The position numbers and the translations under genes are program-made. Shown here in pieces: positions 56,192 through 64,000 of a DNA stretch of 64,000 nt. Each line of letters begins with the position of its first letter. The first letter of the stretch is position 1. Origin of the DNA: Candidatus Goldiibacteriota bacterium (GTDB lineage Bacteria; Oederibacteriota; PGYV01; DYJU01); contig CALHNI010000007.1 of the NCBI GenBank assembly GCA_938034975.1, forward strand, positions 5,036-69,035, given 5' to 3'. The notes beneath the pieces are model-generated. The model searched no databases. It worked only from the letters and a program-made list of their open reading frames with translations, and had not been told where the DNA came from.

Positions 56192-57712
56192 ATGAACCTT
56201 ATAGATGTTTTAAAAAAGTCAAAAGAAGAAGCAGGAAATAGAATATTTTTAATTTATGAAAAAGGGAAAAAGACATTTAATCAGTTCTATGAGGAAGTTA
56301 TAAAATTAAGTTGTGGGTTAAAAAAACTCGGGATAAAAAAAGATGATAAAATCGCTTTGCTTTTAAATAATTGTCCTGAATTTATTGTTTCTTATTTTGC
56401 AATTGTAAATTTAGGTGCTGTCTGTGTGCCTTTAAATACATTTTTAAATAAAGAAGAGATAATTTATATTTTAAATGATTGTAAAGCAAAAATTTTAATA
56501 ACTTCTTCTGATTTTAAAGATACACTTATAGAAATAAATCCCAATAGGATTCCTTCTTTAGAAAATATAATAAGCATAAATAGTTTAAATAAAATTAAAT
56601 ATCTGGATTATAAAAGTTTATTAAAAAGTGGTGATACGGATTTTATAGATATAAAAGAAGATGATGTTGCGGTAATAATTTATACTTCAGGAACAACAGG
56701 GCATCCCAAAGGAGCAATGCTCACACATAAAAATTTAATTTCAAATGTAGAAGCGTCAATAAAAGCGATTAAAATAAAAGATAATGATAAATTTATAATT
56801 TTTTTACCTATGTTTCATTCTTTCAGCTTTACGGTATGTGTTTTGATTCCACTTTATTGCAAATGCAGATTAACAATAATAAAATCTATAAAACCTTTCA
56901 GCAAAATTATTAAAGCGATTTTTTTTCAGAGGATAACAATTTTTGTTGCAATACCACAGGTTTATAACGTGTTATCAGGGAAAAAAATACCCAAAATTTT
57001 TTTATGGTTAAATCCTATAAGATTATGCATATCAGGTGCAGCGCCTTTAGCTGAAGAAGTTTTAATTAAATTTGAAAAAAAGTTCAGAATACCTTTACTG
57101 GAAGGATATGGTTTGTCAGAAGCTTCACCTGTTGTTTCAGTTAACCCGTTAGATGGTATAAGAAAGCCAAAGTCAGTTGGCTTACCATTGCCTGGCGTAT
57201 CAGTGAAAATAGTAGATGAAGAAGGTAAAGATCTTGGCATAGATAAAATAGGTGAAATAGTTGTAAAAGGACCGAATGTCATGAAGGGTTATTATAACCG
57301 TCCACAGGAAACAGATGAAATTATAAAAGATGGATGGCTTTTTACAGGTGATATAGGGAAAATAGATAAAGATAATTATATTTATATTCTTGACAGGAAA
57401 AAAGATTTAATTTTAGTAAATGGTATGAATTTATATCCGCGGGAAGTAGAAGAAGTATTATACAGGCACCCTGCGGTAGAAGATGCTGTTGTGGTTGGTA
57501 AAAAAAATGATATTCATGGAGAAATTCCGATTGGTATAATTAAATTGAAAGAAGGGATGAATGTTTTAGAAAGTGAATTAAAGAAATTTTGTAAAGAACA
57601 TCTTGCAAATTTTAAAGTTCCGCATAAATTTGAATTCTGGAGTGAATTGCCAAGAACTGGGACCGGGAAAATTTTAAAAAGAGAAATAAGAAGAATCATA
57701 AATGAACAATAA
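56192..57712 (+). CDS. fadD: Long-chain-fatty-acid--CoA ligase (AMP-forming acyl-CoA synthetase)
   Basis: AMP-binding motif IIYTSGTTGHPKGAMLTH, EGYGLSE, FTGDIG and GKILKRE. ATG at 56192; the track ORF begins at TTG 56174. Confidence 0.85.
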   Translation: MNLIDVLKKSKEEAGNRIFLIYEKGKKTFNQFYEEVIKLSCGLKKLGIKKDDKIALLLNNCPEFIVSYFAIVNLGAVCVPLNTFLNKEEIIYILNDCKAKILITSSDFKDTLIEINPNRIPSLENIISINSLNKIKYLDYKSLLKSGDTDFIDIKEDDVAVIIYTSGTTGHPKGAMLTHKNLISNVEASIKAIKIKDNDKFIIFLPMFHSFSFTVCVLIPLYCKCRLTIIKSIKPFSKIIKAIFFQRITIFVAIPQVYNVLSGKKIPKIFLWLNPIRLCISGAAPLAEEVLIKFEKKFRIPLLEGYGLSEASPVVSVNPLDGIRKPKSVGLPLPGVSVKIVDEEGKDLGIDKIGEIVVKGPNVMKGYYNRPQETDEIIKDGWLFTGDIGKIDKDNYIYILDRKKDLILVNGMNLYPREVEEVLYRHPAVEDAVVVGKKNDIHGEIPIGIIKLKEGMNVLESELKKFCKEHLANFKVPHKFEFWSELPRTGTGKILKREIRRIINEQ

Positions 57713-59399
57713 AGAAAAAAAAAATAAAATAATAAGATTTTGTTTATCCCAGATAAATACAACTGTTGGCGATATAAAGGGGAATAGTAAAAAAATTTTA
57801 GAAAAAATTAAAAAAGCAGAAATGGAAAAAACTGACATAATTATTTTCCCCGAACTTTCCGTATGTGGTTATCCGCCTGAAGATCTTATTTTAAAAAAAG
57901 GTTTTGTGGATGATAATTTAAAAGCGTTGAAAATAATTGCGAAAAATACAGGAGATATAATTGCTATAGTTGGATTTTTAAATAGAAAAAGCAATCAAAC
58001 GTATAATTCAGCAGCTGTTTTATATAAAGGAAAATGCTTAGGAGTTTATAATAAAATAAATTTGCCTAATTACGGTGTATTTGATGAAAAAAGATATTTT
58101 GCATCCGGAGAACAACCTGTAATTTTAAATATTGATGGTATAAACATAGGAATATCAATTTGTGAAGATTTGTGGGTTCCTTCAATTTTATATAACTTAA
58201 AAGGCAGGATAGATTTTTTTGTTAATTTAAGTTCATCGCCTTATCATAAAGGAAAATGGAAGGAAAGATATAAAATATTCAGTAAAAGGGCAAAAGAATT
58301 TGGGTGTGAAATAATTTATGTTAATTTATTCGGTGGTCAGGATGAACTTGTATTTGATGGGCACAGTCTTGTCATTGATAAAAAAGGTAAAATAATCATA
58401 CATGGCAGCCAATTTCGTGAAGATGATATTTATTATGATAAAATAGTAAAAAGTAAAAATAAAGTCAAGTTAAATAATAGAATTAAAATAATAAAAATTA
58501 ATTATAAATTAAAAGAAAAAAGTATAAAAATAAATACAAGGAAAAAATTTATACCAATGACAGATGAAGAAGAAGTTTATAATGCCTTGCTTACAGGCAC
58601 AAGAGATTATATAGTAAAAAACGGGTTTAAAAAAGCGATTGTGGCTGTAAGCGGCGGGATTGATTCTGCTTTGGTTTCTGTAATTGCTGTTGATTGCCTT
58701 GGTAAAGAAAATGTTGAACTGATTTTTATGCCAACAAAATTTACTTCCAGAGAATCATATAAAGATGCTGTAAAGTTAAGCAAAAATTTAGGAATAAAAT
58801 TAAAAATAATTAATATACAGCCGATTTTTGAAATTTATTTAAAAATTTTAAATCCTTTTTTTAAAGGGTTTAAACAAGATATAACAGAAGAAAATTTACA
58901 ATCACGCATAAGAGGAAATTTAGTAATGGCTTTTTCAAATAAATTCAAAAGTATTGTTTTAACAACCGGCAATAAAAGTGAAATGAGCACAGGTTATGCA
59001 ACTCTTTATGGAGATATGGCAGGTGGGTTTGCTGTTATTAAAGATATACCTAAAACATTGGTTTATAAACTCGCCAAATATAGAAATAAAAAAGCAGGGT
59101 TTGATTTAATACCTAAAAATATTTTAAAAAAAGAGCCAACAGCAGAATTAAAATATAACCAGAAAGATTCTGATACTTTGCCACCTTATCCTTTGCTTGA
59201 TAAAATCATAGAAGATTATATAGAAAATGATAAAACATACAACGAATTAAAGAATAAATATCCGAATTTAAAAAAGGTTATACGTATGATAGATGCCAGT
59301 GAGTATAAAAGACGTCAGGCACCACCGGGTGTGAAAATAACTCCCAAGGCATTTGGTAAAGACAGAAGAATGCCGATTGTTAATAAATATTTTTATTAA
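57702..59399 (+). CDS. nadE: Glutamine-dependent NAD+ synthetase
   Basis: N-terminal CN-hydrolase domain (FPELSVCGYPPEDL, ICEDLW) plus a C-terminal NAD synthetase domain (VAVSGGIDSALV PP-loop). Confidence 0.9.
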   Translation: MNNKEKKNKIIRFCLSQINTTVGDIKGNSKKILEKIKKAEMEKTDIIIFPELSVCGYPPEDLILKKGFVDDNLKALKIIAKNTGDIIAIVGFLNRKSNQTYNSAAVLYKGKCLGVYNKINLPNYGVFDEKRYFASGEQPVILNIDGINIGISICEDLWVPSILYNLKGRIDFFVNLSSSPYHKGKWKERYKIFSKRAKEFGCEIIYVNLFGGQDELVFDGHSLVIDKKGKIIIHGSQFREDDIYYDKIVKSKNKVKLNNRIKIIKINYKLKEKSIKINTRKKFIPMTDEEEVYNALLTGTRDYIVKNGFKKAIVAVSGGIDSALVSVIAVDCLGKENVELIFMPTKFTSRESYKDAVKLSKNLGIKLKIINIQPIFEIYLKILNPFFKGFKQDITEENLQSRIRGNLVMAFSNKFKSIVLTTGNKSEMSTGYATLYGDMAGGFAVIKDIPKTLVYKLAKYRNKKAGFDLIPKNILKKEPTAELKYNQKDSDTLPPYPLLDKIIEDYIENDKTYNELKNKYPNLKKVIRMIDASEYKRRQAPPGVKITPKAFGKDRRMPIVNKYFY

Positions 59400-59413
59400 A
59401 ACGGAGGGAAAAA

Positions 59414-59878
59414 ATGATTGTTGTAAGTGCTTGCATAGCAGGGGTTGCTTGCCGTTATGATGGAACATCAAAATTAAATGAAAATATACTTAAACTTGTT
59501 GCACAGAGAAAAGCAATTCCTCTTTGTCCTGAAATGTTAGGCGGGCGTAAAGTTCCACGTGAACCAGTTGAAATAATAAATGGAGATGGAGAGGATGTCC
59601 TTGACGGGAAGGCGTGTGTCAAAGATAAAAATGGTAATGATGTCACACAGGAAATACTGGAAGGAGTTAAAGAATTTCTATTAACAATAGAAAGATTAAA
59701 TGTTAAAATGGTTATACTGAAAACTAAAAGTCCAACCTGTGGATATGGTAAAATTTTTAATGGAACATTTAAAAATGAACTAAAACAAGGCAATGGAGTT
59801 TTAGCTGCTGCATTAAAAAGAAAAGGAATAAAGATTTATACAGAAGAAAATTTTATGGAGGTTTATGATAAATTTTAA
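59414..59878 (+). CDS. DUF523-family protein (2-thiouracil desulfurase TudS-like)
   Basis: VSACIAGVACRYDG N-terminus and SPTCG motif. Confidence 0.7.
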   Translation: MIVVSACIAGVACRYDGTSKLNENILKLVAQRKAIPLCPEMLGGRKVPREPVEIINGDGEDVLDGKACVKDKNGNDVTQEILEGVKEFLLTIERLNVKMVILKTKSPTCGYGKIFNGTFKNELKQGNGVLAAALKRKGIKIYTEENFMEVYDKF

Positions 59879-59902
59879 TAATTAAAGGAGGGAGTAATAA
59901 AA

Positions 59903-60373
59903 ATGGCAGATGTTTATTTTTTATTGGAATATCCTATTTACAGGGATTTTGAACCAGAAGACATTGATATTCTTTCAAAGATTTGCGAAGAGTTAAAATT
60001 TAAGAAAAATGAAATAATTTTTAAAGAAGGAACTCCAGGTGATGCCCTTTTTATTATAAAAAAAGGAATTATAAAAGTTTATAAAGAAACAAAAACAAGG
60101 AAAAAATTGATAACAATATTAAGCGCTGGGGAATTTTTTGGTGAAATGGCTTTGATAGATGGTTCTCCCCGTTCAGCAACCGTAGTTGCAGGAGAAAATG
60201 TGGAAGTTGTTAAACTTTCAACAGAAAATTTCAACAAATTAAAAAGCGATTATACAAAAACCGCATTAAAAGTTTATGGTGCGCTTTTAAAATTTATGAG
60301 TTATAGAATAAGACGAACAACCAAAAAAGCTGCTTCTTTACTTAAAGGAAGAAAAAAAAGGAGAAAAAAATGA
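59903..60373 (+). CDS. Stand-alone cyclic-nucleotide-binding domain protein with polybasic tail
   Basis: GDALFIIKKG...FFGEMALIDGSPRSATVVA cNMP-binding signature. No HTH; ends in KGRKKRRKK. GGAGGG RBS. Confidence 0.8.
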   Translation: MADVYFLLEYPIYRDFEPEDIDILSKICEELKFKKNEIIFKEGTPGDALFIIKKGIIKVYKETKTRKKLITILSAGEFFGEMALIDGSPRSATVVAGENVEVVKLSTENFNKLKSDYTKTALKVYGALLKFMSYRIRRTTKKAASLLKGRKKRRKK

Positions 60374-61740
60374 AAAAAATTTTTGTTTTTATTTTTTTAT
60401 TATTACCGCTTTGCAGTTTTTCAAGACCAAATCTATACATTGCTTATGAAAATGTTCCTAAAATTTCAATATTTGACACTGCGATAAATAAAATAACACA
60501 AGATATCAAATTAAAATTTTCTGTAAATGATATAAAACTTGATTATGAAGATAAATATCTTTATTTTATAAGTGAAGAAACCAATTCTTTATACAGAATG
60601 CAGACAAAAAATTTTGTGATTGATACGGACTTTGTTAATGTTGGAGCAGCGCCGTGTGCAATTGCTATAAGTAAAGACAATAAAAAAATTTATATTGTTA
60701 ATAAGGGATCAAAAAATATTGTAATAGTTAGGATTCCGGAAATGGAATTGACAGAAGAAATTATAAATATAAGTTATGTTCCCAAAAATATAATTGTATC
60801 AGATGATAATAAAAAAGCATTTGTAACACTTGAAGGAAGAAAAGGTATTGCTGTTGTTGACCTTGATAAAAATAAAGTTATTGGCTTTATAGATACAGGA
60901 ATTGATCCGAAAAGCATGTGTATTTATCAGGGGAGATTATTCATTACCAATGAAGGAATAGGGAGTATATCTGTTGTTGATTTAAAAAACTATAAGGTTT
61001 TAAATGAAATCGTAACTTCTGATTTACCACGGGGTATAGATGCATTTAATAACCAGATCTATATAGGAGTTGCAACAGGAATTGATATTTTTGAGACAAT
61101 AAAATTTGAAAAACCAGCTTCTTTGGGACTTGATGGCCAAAGTTATGATGTTGTCTACGCAAAAACATCAGGTGGTGATAAAATATATGTTGCCAATTAT
61201 AATGAAGAAAGTAGTAAAGGTATAGTTGCTGTCATAGATCCTTTTTTAAATGAAATAACAGATGAAATTTCAGTTGAAGGAAAACCTTTACGCCTTGAAA
61301 TAAAAAAGCCATTACCGACTGCAACTCAAACAGCAACTTCAACTCACACTTATTTACCAACGGCAACTCTGGTATTTACAAGCACACCTTATCCCACAGC
61401 TACTTTAATGCCTACGAAAGCAGCTGTAAAAAAGAAAATACAGCAAAAGCCAAAACCTGTTTCTACAAAAGGTCCAGACCTTTTAACTTCTGACCTTAAA
61501 GGGAAGGTATGGTTTATAAATGGACCTGCTTCAGGAGTTAAAGTAAAAGCAATAAGCAAGCATACAAATAAAATTTTTGTTGAAAGAACGGATAATAATG
61601 GCAATTTTATTTTTAAGGATATTCCTTTGGGCGCTTATGTTATTTCTGTGGAGGAAACATATATAAAAGAAAAAGCAGTTGCAGTTGTTTTAAACAAAGG
61701 AGAAAACAAACCCATTGTGATAAGTGTGCAAAAAAGGTGA
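60370..61740 (+). CDS. Lipoprotein with YVTN-type beta-propeller, Thr/Pro linker and CarboxypepD_reg-like domain
   Basis: Lipobox LPLC. Repeated I.V.D......I.VG..P blades. PTATQTATSTHTYLPTATLVFTSTPYPTATLMPT linker. The C-terminal NGNFIFKDIPLGAYVISV is typical of carboxypeptidase-regulatory-like folds. Confidence 0.7.
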   Translation: MKKIFVFIFLLLPLCSFSRPNLYIAYENVPKISIFDTAINKITQDIKLKFSVNDIKLDYEDKYLYFISEETNSLYRMQTKNFVIDTDFVNVGAAPCAIAISKDNKKIYIVNKGSKNIVIVRIPEMELTEEIINISYVPKNIIVSDDNKKAFVTLEGRKGIAVVDLDKNKVIGFIDTGIDPKSMCIYQGRLFITNEGIGSISVVDLKNYKVLNEIVTSDLPRGIDAFNNQIYIGVATGIDIFETIKFEKPASLGLDGQSYDVVYAKTSGGDKIYVANYNEESSKGIVAVIDPFLNEITDEISVEGKPLRLEIKKPLPTATQTATSTHTYLPTATLVFTSTPYPTATLMPTKAAVKKKIQQKPKPVSTKGPDLLTSDLKGKVWFINGPASGVKVKAISKHTNKIFVERTDNNGNFIFKDIPLGAYVISVEETYIKEKAVAVVLNKGENKPIVISVQKR

Positions 61741-61752
61741 TATTTAATTCTT

Positions 61753-62622
61753 ATGATAAAATTTTCTAAAAAAGATAAAATAATTTTACTTTCTGTTTTA
61801 TCAAATGCTGTGCTGGTAATTTTAAAACTTGCAGTTGGAATAATATCTGGTCTTGTAAGTATAATAGCTGAAGCATTGCATTCTTTAAATGACCTTTTTG
61901 CAGCGTTTATTGCATTTGTTGGGGTAAGGAAAGCGCAGGGACCGCCTGATGATAAGCATCAGTATGGGCACGGAAAAATAGAAATTTTAACAGGAGTTAT
62001 TGAAAACATTTTAATTTTTTTGATTTCTCTTTATATAATATACGAAGGAATAAATAAATTCATTCATAAAACCAAAACCGAATTTATTGAATTAGGAATT
62101 TTAATCATGATTTTTTCAGGTGTTGTCAATTTCTTTTTGTCTGGTTTTTTAATAAAAAAAGGAAGGGAATTAAGATCAATAGGCATAGAAGTTGATGGCG
62201 AACATTTGAGAGCAGATGTTATTACATCATTTGGAGTTGGGTTTGCACTTATAATTCTTAAAATAACAAATATATGGTGGATTGACCCCTTTGCTGCAAT
62301 ATTAGTAGGTATCTGGGTATTTTTTATTTTTTTAAGATTGTTAAAAAAATTAGTTGAACAGACAATTGATACCGGGATAAGCAATGATCAAATTAAAAAA
62401 ATTGAACAAATTCTTGATGAACAAAAAGAAATAAAATTTTATCATAAAATACGAACAAGGCAGAGTGGTTCTACTATCTTTATTGATATGCATATCAAAG
62501 TTGATAAAAATTTATCAGTAGAAAAGTCGCATGAGATTACAGAAAAATTAGAAAAAAAAATCAGTGAACAATTTGGCGATGTTAATGTGCTTATACATGT
62601 TGAACCATCAAAAAAAGGGTAA
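61753..62622 (+). CDS. Cation diffusion facilitator (FieF/MamB-like)
   Basis: Six TM helices, SIIAEALHSLNDL and HLRADVITS motifs, and a C-terminal dimerisation domain. Confidence 0.85.
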   Translation: MIKFSKKDKIILLSVLSNAVLVILKLAVGIISGLVSIIAEALHSLNDLFAAFIAFVGVRKAQGPPDDKHQYGHGKIEILTGVIENILIFLISLYIIYEGINKFIHKTKTEFIELGILIMIFSGVVNFFLSGFLIKKGRELRSIGIEVDGEHLRADVITSFGVGFALIILKITNIWWIDPFAAILVGIWVFFIFLRLLKKLVEQTIDTGISNDQIKKIEQILDEQKEIKFYHKIRTRQSGSTIFIDMHIKVDKNLSVEKSHEITEKLEKKISEQFGDVNVLIHVEPSKKG

Positions 62623-62633
62623 TTAAAATAAAA

Positions 62634-63746
62634 ATGAAAGTGATGTTTATCTCTCATAGTTCGGTTTTGGAGTATCACCAGCAAAAATTAAAAATTTTGT
62701 CTGAAAAATATGGCGTTGAAATTCATCTTATAACTCCGCCATACTGGTATGAAGGTGGCAATAAAACATATCAGTATAATGGAAATAATAAGATCTACTA
62801 TCACAAAGGCAAAGTTTTTATGTTGAAAAACAGGATGTTTCATTTCTATTTTAATGTAAAGGAATTATTTAAAAAAATAAAACCTGATATAGTTCATATA
62901 GAAGAGATTCCTTTTAATCTGGTTTGCTGGCAATTTTTGCGGCAGGCAAAAAAAAATAAAATAAAAACAATATTTTTTACCTGGGAAAATATAAGGCGTA
63001 AATTAAATCCTGTTTATAAATATTTTTACAGATACAGTATTAAAAACAGTGATTGTGCAATTGCGGGCAATGAAGAAGGAAAAAATATATTACAGGAATT
63101 AGGATTTAATAAAGAAATTTATGTAATCCCGCAGTATGGTATAAATCCAGAAGATTTTATAAAAAAAGACAAATTATTACCGGAAAATGGTGAAGATTAT
63201 ACAGCGGCTTATATTGGAAGAATTGTTCCGGAAAAAGGACTGGAAATCTTAATTTTTGCTATAAAAGATATAGAAAAAGTAAAATTGATAATTGCAGGGA
63301 AAGGACCCAAAGAGTATGAAGAAAAAATAAAAAATTTAATTAAACAAAATGGACTTGAAAAAAAAATTGAATTTAAAGGTTTTATATCTTCAAAAAATAT
63401 ACCTTTATTTTTAAGCAAGATAAATATTTTAATTTTACCTTCTTTAACGTTTCCTGACTGGAAGGAACAATTCGGCAGAGTAATTATAGAGGCATTTGCT
63501 TCTAAAACTGCTGTAATTGGCTCTTCTTCCGGTGAGATACCAAATGTTATTAAAGATGCCGGCTTTGTTTTTAAAGAAGGAGATAGCAAAGATCTAAAAG
63601 AAAAAATAAAAACACTCATATATAATAAAGAGGTTTATCTAAGAAATATAGAAAAAGGATATAGAAGAGTTTTAGAAAATTATACAAATGAAAAAATAGC
63701 AGAAAAAATTTATCAAATATACAAAAATTTACTATATATAAAATGA
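62634..63746 (+). CDS. GT4-family (GT-B) glycosyltransferase
   Basis: The C-terminal EQFGRVIIEAFASKTAVIGSSSGEIPNVI E-x7-E-type motif. Confidence 0.8.
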   Translation: MKVMFISHSSVLEYHQQKLKILSEKYGVEIHLITPPYWYEGGNKTYQYNGNNKIYYHKGKVFMLKNRMFHFYFNVKELFKKIKPDIVHIEEIPFNLVCWQFLRQAKKNKIKTIFFTWENIRRKLNPVYKYFYRYSIKNSDCAIAGNEEGKNILQELGFNKEIYVIPQYGINPEDFIKKDKLLPENGEDYTAAYIGRIVPEKGLEILIFAIKDIEKVKLIIAGKGPKEYEEKIKNLIKQNGLEKKIEFKGFISSKNIPLFLSKINILILPSLTFPDWKEQFGRVIIEAFASKTAVIGSSSGEIPNVIKDAGFVFKEGDSKDLKEKIKTLIYNKEVYLRNIEKGYRRVLENYTNEKIAEKIYQIYKNLLYIK

Positions 63747-64000
63747 ATTTAATAAATGGTTTTTTTAGTTTGTTTTATCCAACCCAATGCTGTTGTTGTA
63801 AGAGATATATAAAAGATTTTAGATATTTTTATATATGTGAAAAATGTTATAATTCAATAAAGAATATCAATCAAAATGTTTGTAAGATGTGTTTAAAGCC
63901 GCTTTCTTCTGAATATGTGGATATATGTATTGAGTGCCGTGAAAGAAAAAAGACATATTTTGAATATATTAAAGCCTCAGTGTATTATGAAAGTCCAATA
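63743..64000 (+). CDS. comF: ComF-family protein (amidophosphoribosyltransferase-like), 3' end cut by window edge
   Basis: N-terminal double zinc-ribbon pattern (CCCCKRY...CEKC...CKMC...CIEC). ATGA overlap with the preceding stop. Open to base 64000. Confidence 0.65.
   Translation, partial: MNLINGFFSLFYPTQCCCCKRYIKDFRYFYICEKCYNSIKNINQNVCKMCLKPLSSEYVDICIECRERKKTYFEYIKASVYYESPI

Noticed and set aside
1-64000. Alternative genetic code, or pseudogenisation
   Set aside because: All family-assignable genes are full length with standard stops. TGG is used for Trp, and no in-frame TGA/TAG interruptions are needed. TTG and GTG starts are frequent but normal.

Overview
Strongly AT-rich bacterial chromosomal window (GC judged by eye at about a quarter to a third, not computed). 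It holds about 57 protein genes, almost all on the + strand, in the standard code, with frequent 1-20 nt overlaps. Repeat and hairpin coordinates come from by-eye alignment and are good to a few bp. Coding content is mainly housekeeping for a diderm, probably anaerobic, uncultivated-type organism:
- Envelope and basic functions: lspA-lgt, rluD, PPi-dependent phosphofructokinase, rodZ-like, rimO, pgsA-pgpA, mfd, glycogen phosphorylase.
- Fe-S and thiolation: an Rrf2/IscR-like - nifS - nadA - iscU - mnmA cluster, plus sufC with a sufB/D-family gene.
- A tight 5-gene operon ending in cheR-TPR-cheW.
- A TCA block: Re-citrate-synthase-like enzyme, icd, mdh, split class I fumarase.
- hsp20, a porin/OmpA fusion, csp, pgm, two CDF transporters, ftsK-lolA.
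- A 1463-aa GT-C/DUF2298 membrane protein followed by PAP2 and polysaccharide deacetylase genes.
- pyrF-pyrE, pcrA, two paralogous coiled-coil proteins + dgt-like HD protein + SPASM-type radical SAM, fadD, nadE, DUF523, a cNMP-binding protein, a beta-propeller lipoprotein, a GT4, comF.

I saw no rRNA, tRNA, CRISPR array, transposase, integrase or phage genes. The most unusual signals are non-coding:
1. A dispersed, roughly 165-210 bp intergenic repeat family bounded by two different hairpins: at least 6 near-full, 2 partial and 1 solo-hairpin copies, plus 2 degenerate half-sites, in 64 kb. It is often fused to consensus sigma70-like promoters.
2. A pair of roughly 360-bp near-identical inverted repeats bracketing a 1-kb Rrf2-regulator/lipoprotein cassette. 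Each arm is built from four small G/C-box hairpin units.
3. An isolated, very GC-rich 58-nt hairpin with its own consensus promoter.
4. Two tiny polybasic ORFs with strong Shine-Dalgarno sites.

The best protein-level candidate for an undescribed system is the tightly coupled operon of two coiled-coil paralogs, the dGTPase-like HD protein and the radical SAM/SPASM enzyme.
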